Origin: Azolla caroliniana
Taxonomy: Eukaryota; Plantae; Polypodiophyta
Length of the DNA stretch: 64,000 nucleotides
Assembly: GCA_043228905.1 (NCBI GenBank)
Contig: JBHGNT010000013.1
Span: forward strand, 9,796,001 to 9,860,000
Reading direction: 5' to 3'
Part shown: piece by piece, positions 12,995 to 26,500 of the stretch
How the letters are laid out: each line of letters begins with the position of its first letter
Numbering within the stretch: position 1 is the first letter of the stretch
Translations under genes and position numbers: made by a program
Notes under the pieces: model-generated
The model's input: the letters and a program-made list of their open reading frames with translations, nothing else
What the model was told of the DNA's origin: nothing
Database searches by the model: none

Positions 12995-15900
12995 TCAGAA
13001 AATATTTATTTCATTATCGCTCACTGCATCTATGCTTTGAATGTGTTTCTGGAGTAATTCAGTTCCAGGGAACATCATCATACTGTAATTAATAATTGCT
13101 TCTTTCTGAGCTGGATCCAGAGGTCTGAAACCAAAAGCATTCGTCCAGGTTGCTAACGTTTCAGGAATCGCTGGTAAAATCAAGGTTGCAACCCCCAAGG
13201 AGCCTAACATCTGCCAAATACAAAATGTCAAATACAATCTTCGTGCCAAATACAAAATGTCAAAACACTAACATAAATAGTAAAGAGCACAGAGAATCTT
13301 CAACCTTCTCAATTATGCCAAAAAGTAATTTGCACATTCCCTTTCGCCGGTATTTGCGTCGAGTACAGATAAGCGGTATCTCTGCAAGACAGGTACCATG
13401 TACTCTGCCAGATCACGTAATAAGTTTACATCACCAATGTCAAAATACAAATACAGGAGAGTGCATCAATGAGGTTTACAATTTACATCCTACAGTATAC
13501 TAGAAGAGACTAATTTGAGAATTTAGAAATGTAATACCTGATTGATGCAACTGAAACCACCTCACCGTTATCCTCCAAAACTAGCGTATAGAAGTCAGCA
13601 TAATTCAACCGATCAAACTCGCACCTGATTGTAAGTTGTGTTGAATTAAGCATGCCCAGTATATAAGCTCCAGCCAAGGGCTTGATTTTACAAACACAAT
13701 TATAAAACAAATGACATACATTGCAAAGACAATTTCATCTGCTTAATTAAAATGTGCAGAAGGGTTAATCTCAAAACATCTCCCATGTGCAGTTGTACAT
13801 CATAATGCATGGAATGCGGTGCAGCTTAAGTGTGCATAGGTATCCTCTAGTCCCTCAGGAAGGTCTCAAATAAATATGATGTCATCTACATAAAGTAACG
13901 TCTCTATAAAAATACCTCAGCAAGGTTAGCTTCTGCTCCCTCCCTCTATAGAAGCAGTCTAAAACCTCATCGACATCAGAGTCTAATAAAGTATGACAAA
14001 GTGGCCAGCCTTGAGTCGTAGCAAATGAGCTAACAACCAATTGCCTAGGTGCTTGTATTCTGCATATCAGTCTACTTGTGAAGGAAAAATGTTCCTTGCT
14101 CCACTGTGTATCTTCTTCACATTCTGGATGGAAAAACTCTTAATAGCAGGAAGCCTCCTTATCATAAGACGTCATGTCACTCTTTATACACGGTACTAAC
14201 TCAGCACTGAAACATTTGTATCTATTTTATCACTTAGTCAAATAGACAGAATCAACCACACCACAGCGACATTTATTGATTAGCAAGAGAGATAGAGAGA
14301 GTGTTACCAGCGATTGTACACTGCCTGGGCGATCATGTCAATATTTGTTCGAGGGTCAACCATAGGATTAAAGCATTCCCTTATGACAAGAAGAGCCACC
14401 GCAAGTTTGCTATTGTGCTCAACTTTCACTCTAGTTTCATTGGAATTTGACTTTATAGCTGAACAGCGAAGCAAAGTCCATTCCAAACCACCATCCAAAG
14501 GGTGTGCAACCCCATTAAACCCACGAAGACCCACATTAACCTATCAAATGCATTAAAATTAACATTACCACATCACATCTGACCTATATTACAAGCAGTA
14601 AACGTCATATTTTTTGATAGATATTTACAATGCTAAAAAATAAACTATAGTGCACCAGTAACCAATTTCTAGAGAATTCATCCGCTACCAACATGCCAAA
14701 ATCCTAATGCGCCCCTATGATTAAGAAGCCTTAAGAACTCGATAAAAATAGATTAAATCAAGACAATTCAATGTATACAGTTAATCCTAGACATAGATTC
14801 TGGATCTCCAGATATAATGGTCTATGCATGGATTATGCAGGAAACGACAATTCATTGCTCCATCACCTTTGATTAATCAAAGGGTACCACAGTTTTAGAC
14901 AGTGAAACTGTTATTTGTAAAGTGTTGAGAAACTGTTGATTAGATCTGCAAAGCCTAACATAAAAGGGATGATACAAAGAAAACGACAATTCATTGCTCC
15001 ATCACATTTTAATCAAAGGGTAGCACAGTGAAACTGTTATTTGTAAAGTGTTGAGAAACTGTTGATTAGATCTGCAAAGCCTAACATAATCATTAGAAAT
15101 CTTCTGTACGATGATGTCAATTTATAACATCCTATCAAAGGTATTCGGATCAGGCAGTCAGTCTTTCCAACATGATCCTTCAAAGATATTTAGATCAAGC
15201 AGCCTATGAAAGGTAGCTTACTTGAGATTTCCTTCACATTTTCTTATTAGAACTTACGATTACAAGTTTCTAACTCATCTGGGAAAAAATTGCCAAATTG
15301 TACAGCAAAAGATCCAAGGATTTCACCTTTTCACAGGAATCTCCGCAAAAATACGTATGATCAACCATGTTACATTTCCCATTCATGCATGATACATGAT
15401 CTGATGACAAAGAGTGTAGTACAATGATTAGCCCCATGTTTACTAGATTAAATGAAGTCTCTCATTAAAACACCCAAAACAAAGAGAAATAATTACTTAC
15501 ATCTATTTTTGCACTGCTTGCATACAACCATTAGTAATTCCCCTTTGACACTATGCTCAGTACCACCACAAGCCACACATCGGCATTTTGGACAACACCA
15601 ATCTCCTTCAGGAACATTCTACAGTGTGACGATCAAATGACAATGCTATAATAATAATTTGTTACAAAACAGAATCAATCCAAAAAGGGAATCACTCATT
15701 TTATGTACACTCGCTCACATCCAGAAGTAAACAAGATGCATGGAAAGTTGAAGGGCAGCGATCACAGCATATTAGGTCTCCACCATCTCCACAAATCGTA
15801 CATGAGTCATCATTTGGGTCTTCTGCAGTTACTCCAACATAATTGGATGTTTTTGTAAGATGGACTTCAGCATTCCAAGCATCTAATTGACAATCCAAAA

Positions 15901-18540
15901 GAGACTTTCCCGATGCAAAAACCAGATGCTGCAGTGAGTTGGCTATCATGTTTCCACTATGATCTCTAAAACTCTGTAGAGTATGAACCTTCTTGCAGCA
16001 TTTGCACAGTATTCCATCTCGAGTCACTACTCCTTCCTTCAATACCTTGCTGCTTTTTGGATCCTTCCAGAATATTCTCTCCCGTTCCACAATCACATTC
16101 CTGTCTATCATCCATGAAAACAATGTACATCCGGTCTGGCATGATAAACCTTCACTTCCAACATTGTCGCCTAAGCTTGAAGGACGTGCTTGCAATCGAA
16201 CATCAGAGTGAGCTCTCAATTTTGTTATTTTCTTGCTCAAACCCTCTTGTTTTTTAGGACCAGCACTTTTAAAATAGCCTTTCTTCATCAGAAATTCCTT
16301 CAAAATGCGTTGTTTATTACCTGACTTAACAAATTTATTACAAACATTTGGTGAATTGCTTGCTCTTGATGTCAACATCATGTTTTTCTCTGTCTGCTTC
16401 AGCACGAACCTAGATTTTGAAGAGGTCCTACTTTCATTCAACGAAATTAGCTTTCTTCCCCTGCCATGTACATAATCAACTGATGGCAACACTCCAATGT
16501 GTATTATATCTTTCAACTTAGAGATCTTTGTTTTGCCCTTGTTATCCAAATCATCTGGTGATGTAGACCTACACTGCGTGATATCTTTTGCATAAGACTT
16601 CTTTGCTTTACCTTCACGTTGTTTTTTCTGTATTTTAGTTGTGTTTAAAATTTTGTTTAAAACGCCTAAATCTTCCAACAAAATGTCTATCAGTTCAGCA
16701 TTGGTCACTTCAGCCTCTGAAATCTCCAAACATGTACCTGAAAGACAGCCTTTATTCCTCAAAGCTACTTCCATCTTTTTGCCGAATCTAGAAAACACTA
16801 GTATTATGGCACTCTTGTCAGCTTTAACAAAGCCATACTTCATTTTAGTATCCTCAATGAGGCCCTTAGCTTGTAATTCCTTAAAAGCCCTCCACGCTTT
16901 TGGAAGTGACCAGTGTGTATGGCCTTCTGGAGAGCGATATACTGGATCTTGGTAGTCCTTTTCTTTCCTTTGTCTGAACTCTAGTTTGAAACCAGAATCC
17001 AAAAGCACTTTCCTTGCAACATTTCGAGCTAGCTCTTTCAATTCTCTGTCCCTACCCATTGGAGTAGTATCACGTAAAAATCTTGCTTCTGTGTCATTTG
17101 ACCTTTTGCAAAGCGTTTGCATTTCCAAATTCCTTCCATTTTCCTTCTTTTTGATGGATTTTTCAACCTGATCAGACTTATTTAGGAATGGTGCATGGTG
17201 TTTGGAAGTTGAATCTTTTGTTTTCTTATTTGGAATGCAAGATATCACTGACTCTACATTACAAAATGTTCTTGCAGCTATTTCGTGTCTACAATTCATC
17301 ATATATTCTGTCTGTGATGAATCCATGTGTGACTTCTTTAGTCTCTTATTTCCGGTGCAAAATACCAAATATTCTTCATTGTATAGTTTCCTTCTAGTTC
17401 TCTTTGTTCTTGCTCCTTTATTTATCTTTTTAGAATTCAAATGTGATTCCTGTCTCGCGAAGGTAGCTTCAGGACTTTCCCTCTCACTAGACTGTAGTTC
17501 AATATTGATGTCCATGATTGACTCCAACATATAGATTTTCTCAGAAACTGAAGTATCATCACTGCCAACACATAAATGTGTGTGTGCAACTGATTCATGT
17601 GGCATGCATTCTAAGATCTGATTCATATTGTGATGTGCATGTTGTGGAACCAAAAAAACTCCTTTCATAGGAACCCGTGAATATAAACCTGCACCTCTCT
17701 TGCCTTTAATCTTAATAGAACTATTGATGCGGTCCTCATCAATAACCCTAATATATCCTCTTTCATCTTCACTTTCACAGCAAAGCTTCTTAGCTTCACA
17801 AAATTTTGTGCCATCAAAACAGGAATTGATATGCTTTGTATGAATTCTGTCTTCGTGAATCATTTTTTCCCTCTCAGAAACATCTCTTATGTCATTATCC
17901 ATTTGCGGTTCATTTCTTGTACACTCGAACAATAACGGTTGATCTTCTGCTGAGGAAAGTTCAGACTTGGTACTCTTCACTTACTCGAAGAAGAAATATA
18001 AGATGCAACTAAAGGCTGTAAACCCGATGGACAATATAAGGCACAAACAGGTAATGTAAAACGGATAGATGCTGTAAGCAACACAGCAACGTGCAAACAT
18101 ATAGATGATGTGATGAACAAATAAAATGTAAACGAATAGATAGATCATAAGGAACACAAGGGCATACAAATAGATAGATTAAAAAGGAAACAATGCAATG
18201 TGTAATCAGATAGATCGTATTCAATAAAACATGTAGACTGATATAATAAACAAACAATGAAGAATCTAAAGAAGGAATCAAACAAATATCTTATAAAGTA
18301 ATTGTGTGTGTGTGTGTGGCAACTCTTTCTGGCTCTTTCTGGCTACTTCTAGATCATATTGACAGAGTATAGATCAAATCGCAGGAGATGAAACGGTGTG
18401 GTTGGGGCAGAAAGACAGAGAAGAGAAAGAGAAAAGCGCGGGTTTTTGGAAGCAAATGAAAAAGGCCTACCTTTCAGGAACGAGGATCTCTCGATTTCTG
18501 GAGAGTCTGCCGAGGAGATGAACAATGAGGTGAAGTCCAT
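12995..18540 (-). CDS. IDM1/ROS4-like PHD-finger GNAT histone acetyltransferase. Predicted exons (minus strand): 18540-18471, 17949-15719, 15618-15501, 15400-15327, 14540-14308, 13624-13538, 13404-13305, 13210-12995
   Basis: Contains LLDSGFKLEFRQRKEKDYQDPVYRSPEGHTHWSLPKAW (MBD-like/DUF7028-type segment) and EGVVTRDGILCKCCKKVHTLQSFRDHSG (Tify-binding/Jas-like). PHD1 is DDSCTICGDGGDLICCDRCPSTFHASCL/NVPEGDWCCPKC, followed by a second Cys cluster. The GNAT domain reads NSKLAVALLVIRECFNPMVDPRTNIDMI..FDRLNYADFYTLVLE..VSVASIR/VHGTCLAEIPLICTRRKYRRKGMC..LILPAIPETLATWTNAFGF..FPGTELLQK. Junctions are GT-AG and in phase. The first exon is inferred from a phase-1 GTAGG donor and a cctcag acceptor. Confidence 0.88.
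14841..15089. repeat. ~110-120-bp tandem duplication in an IDM1-like intron
   Basis: aaacgacaattcattgctccatcac..aatcaaagggta.cacag..tgaaactgttatttgtaaagtgttgagaaactgttgattagatctgcaaagcctaacataa occurs twice. Confidence 0.9.
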
Positions 18541-18583
18541 ACGCCATCTCCTAGGAACACGCAGAATTTGCTTTGGTGATCTT

Positions 18584-18811
18584 TCTCTCTCTCTCTCTCT
18601 CTCTCATTCATGGCGATGGCGATGGCGATGGCGATTCCCTCCCTCCTTCCATTTGAATAAAGTGTACATTCAAAAGTTAACGAACAAACAAAACATAGAG
18701 GAACCAACCAATACACGGGAAAACATAAAAAGGAGATTCAGAAGAAGGAACCATTTTCCACCAAAATGATATCTAGCTAGCTAACTTTTAACCATACTTT
18801 GGATAATAGTA

Positions 18812-18848
<37 letters not shown>
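18584..18848. repeat. Microsatellites in the IDM1-like 5'UTR/promoter: (CT)n, (TGGCGA)4 at ~18611-18634, (AC)n at ~18813-18848
   Basis: Directly visible simple repeats. Confidence 0.9.
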
Positions 18849-18853
<5 letters not shown>

Positions 18854-19047
18854 TATTGAATGTGTCATACACAACATCACATGGCAATATGAACATATAA
18901 ATAAACCCATCACGATGAATCTCCCTGGTTGTAGTACAAAAGAAGACTGCGCAAGTTGAATGAAACGTTGCATCTTCATAGTTTTCCATCTTGCCTATGC
19001 TTGTCCAAGCCTAGGTGAGGAAATGGTTTCCTTGAGCATATAGGATG

Positions 19048-19193
19048 TGTTGCCAAGCGCAGAGAGGGAGGGATGGATGCTCGTGAATAACTTGTTGGCA
19101 TAAAAGGTCGACTCCTTCCACTTTGTATCCTAAGCGTGAATACGTCTTCAAGTTAGGGCTTTTGTATATATATAAGCCGAAACATAACATTGT

Positions 19194-19237
<44 letters not shown>

Positions 19238-20062
19238 ACAGAAGAGAAATATAGTTTCCATTAGAGCTTCAACGGTGTGCATCTTGTTTCTTACTTTCCT
19301 TTCATATAGTGCACATCCTACTTCTTTGTCTTGTACTCGATGTTCGCTTGACACTACTGTGCAGGTCCTCACACATTCTTCCGCATATCATCTATAACAA
19401 GTGGTATCAGAGCGACTTTGTTGTCCGGAGGCAACGAATAACAAAGATTGAGAAGAGAAACTATCTTGTTGAGAGAAAAGACAAGGCCAACAACATCTAC
19501 TTTCCAGAAAATGACGACACAATCCAACACAAATGGGGAAATCCCGAAGTTCAACAGGAAGAACTTTGCCCTATAGAAAGAAACGATGCAATATGTGCTC
19601 ATAATCCGAAGACAAGTCGAAGTGATTCGCCAAAGCGACAAACCAACGCCAAATTCCACTAAAGAGTGGAGATCGATGGGTGAAATCGCACGATGGACCA
19701 TCCAGATACACCTAGCCGAGAACATTTATGTCAACATGGCCAAGGAGACAACGTCATTCTCTTTGTGGGAGAAACTTGAGGCCATATACGAGAAAAATTC
19801 TTCCCCATCGAAGCTCATATTGATTCGACAGTTGTTCAATATGAAGATGAGAGAGACGGATCTAGCAACCTCCCACATCAACACCTTCAGTCGGGTGTTG
19901 TCTGAGCTCTCCTCCCAAGAGATTAACTTTGAAGAAGAAGTTAAAGCCCTTGCCCCCTTTTCGAGCTTGCCGACGAGTTGGGAGGCATTCTGCATGACAT
20001 TTGCCAAAAGTTGCCCAAAATTGAATCAGGATGAAACGATCAGACAAGCCCTCACCAAGGAT
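19048..20062 (+). mobile_element. Ty1/copia (Tork/Tnt1-like) 5' fragment: LTR ending ..TAACA at 19399, PBS-Met, gag pseudogene 19511-20062
   Basis: TGGTATCAGAGC at 19402-19413; gag MTTQSNTNGEIPKFNRKNFAL*KETM..LWEKLEAIYEK..LIRQLFNMKMRE..HINTF..EEVKAL..SLPTSW. The LTR left boundary is uncertain. The element is interrupted by the LTR starting at 20063. Confidence 0.75.
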
Positions 20063-22144
20063 TGTTGACAATCAAGCTCAACCTAGTCTAATGTGTGAAC
20101 ACACCCTTGAGAGTGTATGAACACTCAAAGGTCAAAAGTCACACCACTACTCTCTACACATAAACTGTGTCATAGAATCATATTCTATGACACATAACTA
20201 ATGAGTTTCCACATTCCCCATGACCGATGAGCTTCGGTAGTTAATGAAGAGAGAGAGAGACTATATAAAGCACTCTCCTCCTACTTTGTAATAGGTCGGT
20301 TAATCTCCTTTGTAATATACATCTTCTTGAGTATTTTCAATTGTCTATTCTATCTATCTTGTGTCTCTCTCCTCTCCTCTTCTCAAACACACACACACAC
20401 AAACACACATCTCTAACCTATATCCTCTACACAGAATCATACCATGATTCTTTACATGGTATTAGAGTGGTTTGGTAGCTTGATCCAGCCCATCCGCGTG
20501 TGTTGTGTTCTACGTCGACGTTGAAGAAGAACTGGCTCATTGCTATCGTAGTGAGACTACATAGCTCGTGTTCAAGAGAGAAGGAAAATAAGAAAGAAAG
20601 CTTCATCGCCAATGAATACTCAAATGGGGAGCGCTCTCCCTAGCGAGAAGTTGGATCGAAACAACTTTGCATCTTGGGAGTACAAGATGCACCAATACCT
20701 TGTCGGTCAAGGATATTGGAGCTACATCAAAGGAGCATAAGAAAATCGACCCGACCCAAAAGATGCCGACTACTCAACATGGGAGCAAGCGGCAAGCTGA
20801 GTGATGTATTGCTTGGCGACATGTGTTCATGATCACATGCATGGTTACATTCGAGAAGCCGAAGGAAGCGTGGGAGAATCTATGGAAGATTTTCGCGGCC
20901 AACACCACTACACGAAAGCTTCAACTCTGCCATGAGTTGAACAACATCCAACAAAGGGATATGTCCATCACTAACTACACCTTGAAGATCAAGGAGCTTT
21001 GTGACTCGCTTGGCTCAATAAGCGTCAATGTGGATGATGATGAGATGGTGCAAATATGCCTTGGCGGCCTTGCACCACGGTTCAACATGATGAGGACCGC
21101 CATACTAGCAAGGAGAATCCTCCCTCTTTCTTCGATCTTCAATCCATGTTGTTGGTTGAAGAAAACCATATTCGAACAAGGAGCAATGCCTCGGAAGGCC
21201 ACATGCTCTACACGCATTCGAACGGAGGAAGAGGACATGACCGAGCAAGAGGCCGATTCAGCCAAGGACGAGGCGGACGAGGTCCAACTTACGAAAACAA
21301 CTCCCAATTTCGGCAACAAGACGAAAGCTATCGAGGAACCTTCGGAAGAAGGGGGAGCTTCCATACCGGTCTGAATCGACAAACCTTGATCGAATACGGA
21401 TATTGCTGCAAAATCGGCCATCATAAAGAAGAGTGCCGAAAGAAGATGCATGAGTCGGCTTCCACTAGCCGACAACTCACCAATTACGCCACCAACTCCG
21501 ACTATGACGATCATGGAGGAATGTTCGTGATGAGACATAGAGAAAATTTTATGTCGGCTTCTACTTCAACTAGTGCCTCTAGGCCGGAAGATGTATGGTT
21601 CGTCGACTCCGGTGCTTCGAACCATATGACGTCTCATCAAGAATGGTTCGAAGACTTACGAAAGCCGGATCGACCCGACTATGTCATCCTTCGGGAACGG
21701 GTGCCGATGTTTCTTGCCGAATTGGCATGCTTCACATACTCTGTCAATCTCTTTCTCTTTGATGGTCGAGAGCCCAATGACGACTCCTTACAATTGTATC
21801 GTCTTGAGTTTGTTGAGATTGATATGGCCGATTCTTTTATGCCATAGCTCTATGTCGGTGTCGGGTTTGAGGCCTTTGCAAACTTCACCGATTTCACCTC
21901 GTTTGACTCAAGGATAAACATTCAACCTTCCCTTCGACCATGAGCAATTAGTCGACCTTCCTTCTCGATGAAGCAACCACCTTGGTTGAATCGAACTCGC
22001 ATCCCTTGCTCCACAATTTGGTCGACCGATACCAAATTCTTTGTTATGGTGGGTACATGCAAGACATTTTTCATACAAGTTTGTCCACCTTCTTTCCTGA
22101 ATGGGACATTGCCGACATGCCGAATCGGATGAGTGGTGTCGTCT
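20063..22144 (+). mobile_element. Ty1/copia 5' half: LTR 20063-20456, degenerate PBS-Met, gag-protease pseudogene, then an inverted gag-pre-integrase segment (~21686-22144)
   Basis: TGTTG..TTTACA LTR followed by TGGTATTAGAG; gag SALPSEKLDRNNFASWEYKMHQYL; zinc-knuckle remnant; protease WFVDSGASNHMT. The continuation DDTTHPIRHVG..LHVPTITKNLVSV..VCEACQFGK lies on the minus strand. Confidence 0.85.
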
Positions 22145-22580
22145 GCAAATGCATGTGCAAAAACAGTACCCACCTCATTGTTACAGATTTGATTAGTATC
22201 ATAAACGTGTTCATATCTCGTCTTCAATAAGTTCACATATTCCTTCTTCAACCCACTTATGTGGAATCCTCGCCTTGTATCGGGATGCGGTGACCCCTAG
22301 GTTTTTATCAACCACTCTCTCAGCTCTTCATAAACTTCAGGTCGTGCTCGAAGGAAATAACGCCATCCGAGAGGTGTGGCTCAAATGATGGAGTGGCACA
22401 TCTTCTTCCTCTGAGTTGATGAGTTCGTCACCCTTTCTCTTGTGGGTGTCTTCTTGCTTTCTTTGATAGGCGTCCTTTTTATTTCCTTCACTGGTGTCTT
22501 CACTTTCTCTTTCACCAATGCCTTCTTTATGGGTGTCCTTCTCGTCATTTCCCTGGTCTTCATTATTCTTGTTGAAAGAA
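22145..22580 (-). pseudogene. Unidentified disrupted ORF with TPxK repeats, probably an accessory ORF of another transposon
   Basis: One frame reads MKTREMTRRTPIKKALVKEKVKTPVKEIKRTPIKESKKTPTRE..*ATPLGWRYFLRARPEVYEELREWLIKT*GSPHPDTRRGFHISGLKKEYVNLLKTRYEHVYDTNQICNNEVG with two stops. I do not recognise the family. Confidence 0.35.
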
Positions 22581-23271
22581 TATGCGTGCACAAGAAGAAA
22601 ACTCATCAAAATACCATCAACAACCAACAAATCATAATAGCCAACTCAATCTAAGTTGCATATACAAGCCATGTCAAACACACACAAAATAAAAACAATT
22701 GGACAAAAACTCATCCATGTCAAACACACACAAAATAAAAACAATCGGACATGAAACATAAAGAATACGAAAACATACCAATTGGACATGCAACATAGAG
22801 AATATGAATAATCAAACCCTAAAATGTAAATGCAGCACAGAGAATACCTAGAGGTCGTACAAGTTGTGGATGGAACGATGCAAGCCAAGGTCGAGGCAGA
22901 GGTACCACACCGTGTTGATGTCTTCACCTTGGGAGCACACCATGCTGAGGAAATCACCTATATGCAAGAGTTCGTTGACGAGGCCGTGCAGAGTAGACAA
23001 ATGAGCATACACAGAGTTAAGAGAAAAAGAAGAAGTCAGTAGGGAAACAATAAGAACAATGAGCATAGAGGGGAAACAACAATCTCTGTGTATACAGAGT
23101 TCAAAGATCGTAGGGAAACAACAAGAAAAATCAAGCACAGAGGGAACACAACAAGAACAATGTGGGGAAATAGAGAATCAAAGGTGGAGTGAGAGAGAGC
23201 AAGAGAGAAAGAGAGATAGGTAATATACATGCAATTGATTTCTAACTTTTTGTCACTATATGACTAACAAC

Positions 23272-23305
<34 letters not shown>

Positions 23306-23599
23306 ATCAACTGACACGTTCGAGATATTCTTCGAGTCTGATTTCGTACAACTCTACCTAGGAGAATGAAGTTATAGTTAATGTATTAAATACGGCCTTG
23401 GGACACTTCGATAGTTAATGTATTAAATACGGCCTTGAGACCTATAATATCTTTGTACATTCGTATTGAATTTTTTATTTGAATTCAAACCTCATTCAAT
23501 GGATGATGATCCACTATTTCTACAGTAATTGTTTTATTGTCAAATTTTTATGTTTATTTTCTTCCTCGATTTAGTGCTAAATTTTTGGCCAAAAGTTGG

Positions 23600-26500
23600 C
23601 ACATTGTAGCATGCTTCCACCCTAAAGATATTGGCGGTTTGTCGTTCCATCCAGACATACACCAGGAGTTCCACTTCATCGGAGGGACACGCTCATGGAA
23701 AAAATGATAGCGCACCTCCATGTGCTCTGTCTGTGCGTGGAAGATGGGGTTCTTAGTGAGTTGGATGTTGATGAGGTTGTCACAATATATTGTTGTCGGC
23801 TCGGACACCTTCACTTGCAAATCCCTCAGTAGCCAGATGGTTTCGCATGTTGTAACAACCGCTCCTTTGTATTCGGCCTTAGTGTAACTACTGGCTGCTT
23901 TTTGTTGCTCCAAGTGATCATATCGCTTCCTTGGGAAAATGCAAAACCAGATGTTGACCTGCGATCGTTGGCATTTCCAGCCCAGTCAGCATCTGTGTAG
24001 TCGACTAATTTCTCGGCAACACGAGTCCGATATAACAATGCCTTGTCCTTGGTGCCGTTTACATATCGTAAGATCCTTTGTGTGCATTGAAGGTGTTCGA
24101 TCGTTGACTGTGACATAAACTGACTAACCAAGACGACCGAATAGCTGATGTCTGGACGGGTGATGGTAATATATATAAGGCTTCCAACAATTTGTCAAAA
24201 CTATGTCGGGTCACACGTCATTATCGAATCTTGGAGAAGCTTGATGTTTTTGTCCAAACGCAGATTTATAAACCGTTATCCCGAACTCGAAGAGCATACT
24301 CAACACATAATGCCTTTGGTTGATAAGTATACCTTCAGGGGTTGCGGATCACTTCGATCCTAAGGAAGTAACGAAGGTTCCCCAGATCCTTCATGTCGAA
24401 TGATGCAACTAGCTAGGACTTTACGTGGCCAATTTCCTCTAGGTCGGCACCAACGATGACTAGGTCATCAACATAAAGTAGAATACTTACTAGCCTATGC
24501 CAACCCTATCGGATGAACAGTGACAAGTCTGAATTCGACGGACCAAACCCCATCCGACGCAGTCAATGCGTGATCTTCATGTTCCAAGCACGCGAGGCTT
24601 GCTTTAGTCCATAAAGGGACTTCTTCAGTCGACAAACGACTGACGTGTCCAATCCGGACTGGAGTCTGGGAGGTTGCACCATGTACACCCACTCTTGAAG
24701 TTCTCCTTGTTGGAACACATTCTTCACATCCATTTGGTGCAAGTGCCATCCCCTGGCTGCTGCTATGACATGAATGTCTCCTCGTAATCTATGACATGTT
24801 GTTGCGCGTAGCCTTTGGCCACTAGTCAGGCCTTGTATCAATTGACGGAGTTGTTGGCGTTGTACTTTACCTTGTACACCCACCTGCATCCGATCGGCTT
24901 CACACCCTTGGGGGCGTCAACCAGGTCCCGTGTTTCGTTCTACGCCAATGTGTGCATCTCTTCCTCCATAGCGGCACACCAATTCACGTCCTTCGCCGCT
25001 TCCGCATAGTTCTCCGGCTCACGCAGTTCCACCCCCTTAGCCATATACGCATAATGATGCGCCATATATTCATTGTACCCATATCGAATTACAAGGTTCT
25101 TCTGGTAGGTTGATCGGTGCAACTTCTACGTCGTTGATTTCAAGGCCCTCTTGGCCAACTCTAACCTCATCTTCGGAGGTCCATCTTCACTCCTAGCATC
25201 GGTCTCTATTCCGTATTCCAACATCTTCATCTTCCCCTTCTCCTTGTGTGTAAGCCGTCTCCTCGGCTCGTGGTGCAAGGAGTGCACGACCAAGTCTTCA
25301 CTCCTTGTCGGGTCATCATCCGGCTGGCCATTTCAGCTCAACTCCTCATTTGGCCCACTTAGGTGGAGTGAGATCAGACTCTTCTCTAGAGTGCCAATTT
25401 CCTCGTTCAGGGGCATGTCGGCCTCACTAGCCTCATCCTCAAAATTTGGAATGGAGTTATTGGGAGTTGGAGACGGAGGCAAGTACCACGTAGCCAATTC
25501 GTTGAACACGACATCTTGACTAATTCAGACTTGTTTCGTTCGGGGGTTATAGCACTTCTAACCCTTTTGCTCATCTGAGTAGCCAACTAGAATGCACTTC
25601 TTGGTCATTGCATCTAGCTTCCTCCTCTTCTCCTTTGGCACGTGCACATATGAGATGTTGCCAATGTCGTGGTGTTTTCGACACATAGTGTGAAACCACC
25701 CTCAAAAGAGAATAAAATAGAAGTCCAAATAAACTAATGTTGTTAAATCAACTATAATAATAAATGAAAGGATAAAAAGTTAGAAGCGGTTTTTGAAAGT
25801 AGACAAAAATAGAGAAAAAGATAGGAAAAGAAAACCTAACCGTGGATATGAGGAGCAAGGTCGAGTAAAAAGCTCATAATTTTCTCCTCCAATGTCCAAA
25901 TTAGAAAAGGAAAGATGCATAAGAAAGCTAATAGACATAGCTTTCTAAGAGTAGCTTGCATGTAAGATTTGACGTTACGGAACAGAAATAGTGATAAAAA
26001 GAAAAGTCGACTCATATAGAGAAACTTTTTTGGGAAAAAGAAAGAAAGGAAAGAAGAAAGCAATCCTAAACCTATAAATAAGAGCTTATTTTAAGAAGAA
26101 GGGGGGGGATTTGAAGAAGAAAAGATTTATGTTTCCTCTCTCATACTTTTATACCCTAAAAGGGGATAGAAAAAAAATCATGTAACAAAATAGATCCATT
26201 ATAGTGATGATTTAGTAATAAAAAGCTTTCTATGTTTCCTCTCTCATGATCTCTTTCTTTAAACTTTTCTTATGTATAAGTAAAATTAAGTGTTATTCAT
26301 GCTTGCTTACTCTAATCCTTCTTACTTATAAGAATAATTGAGTATTATTCAATCTCGCATAATCTCCTACTTGAAGATTTGCTTATGTATAAATGTAATT
26401 AACGATTATTCGATCTCTTATACTACCAATTTACTCTTATTAGAGGGAAATCTCTCGTCTTTAAGCTTAAAGTGTATTAAGCGTTAAGCCCTAAATCCTT

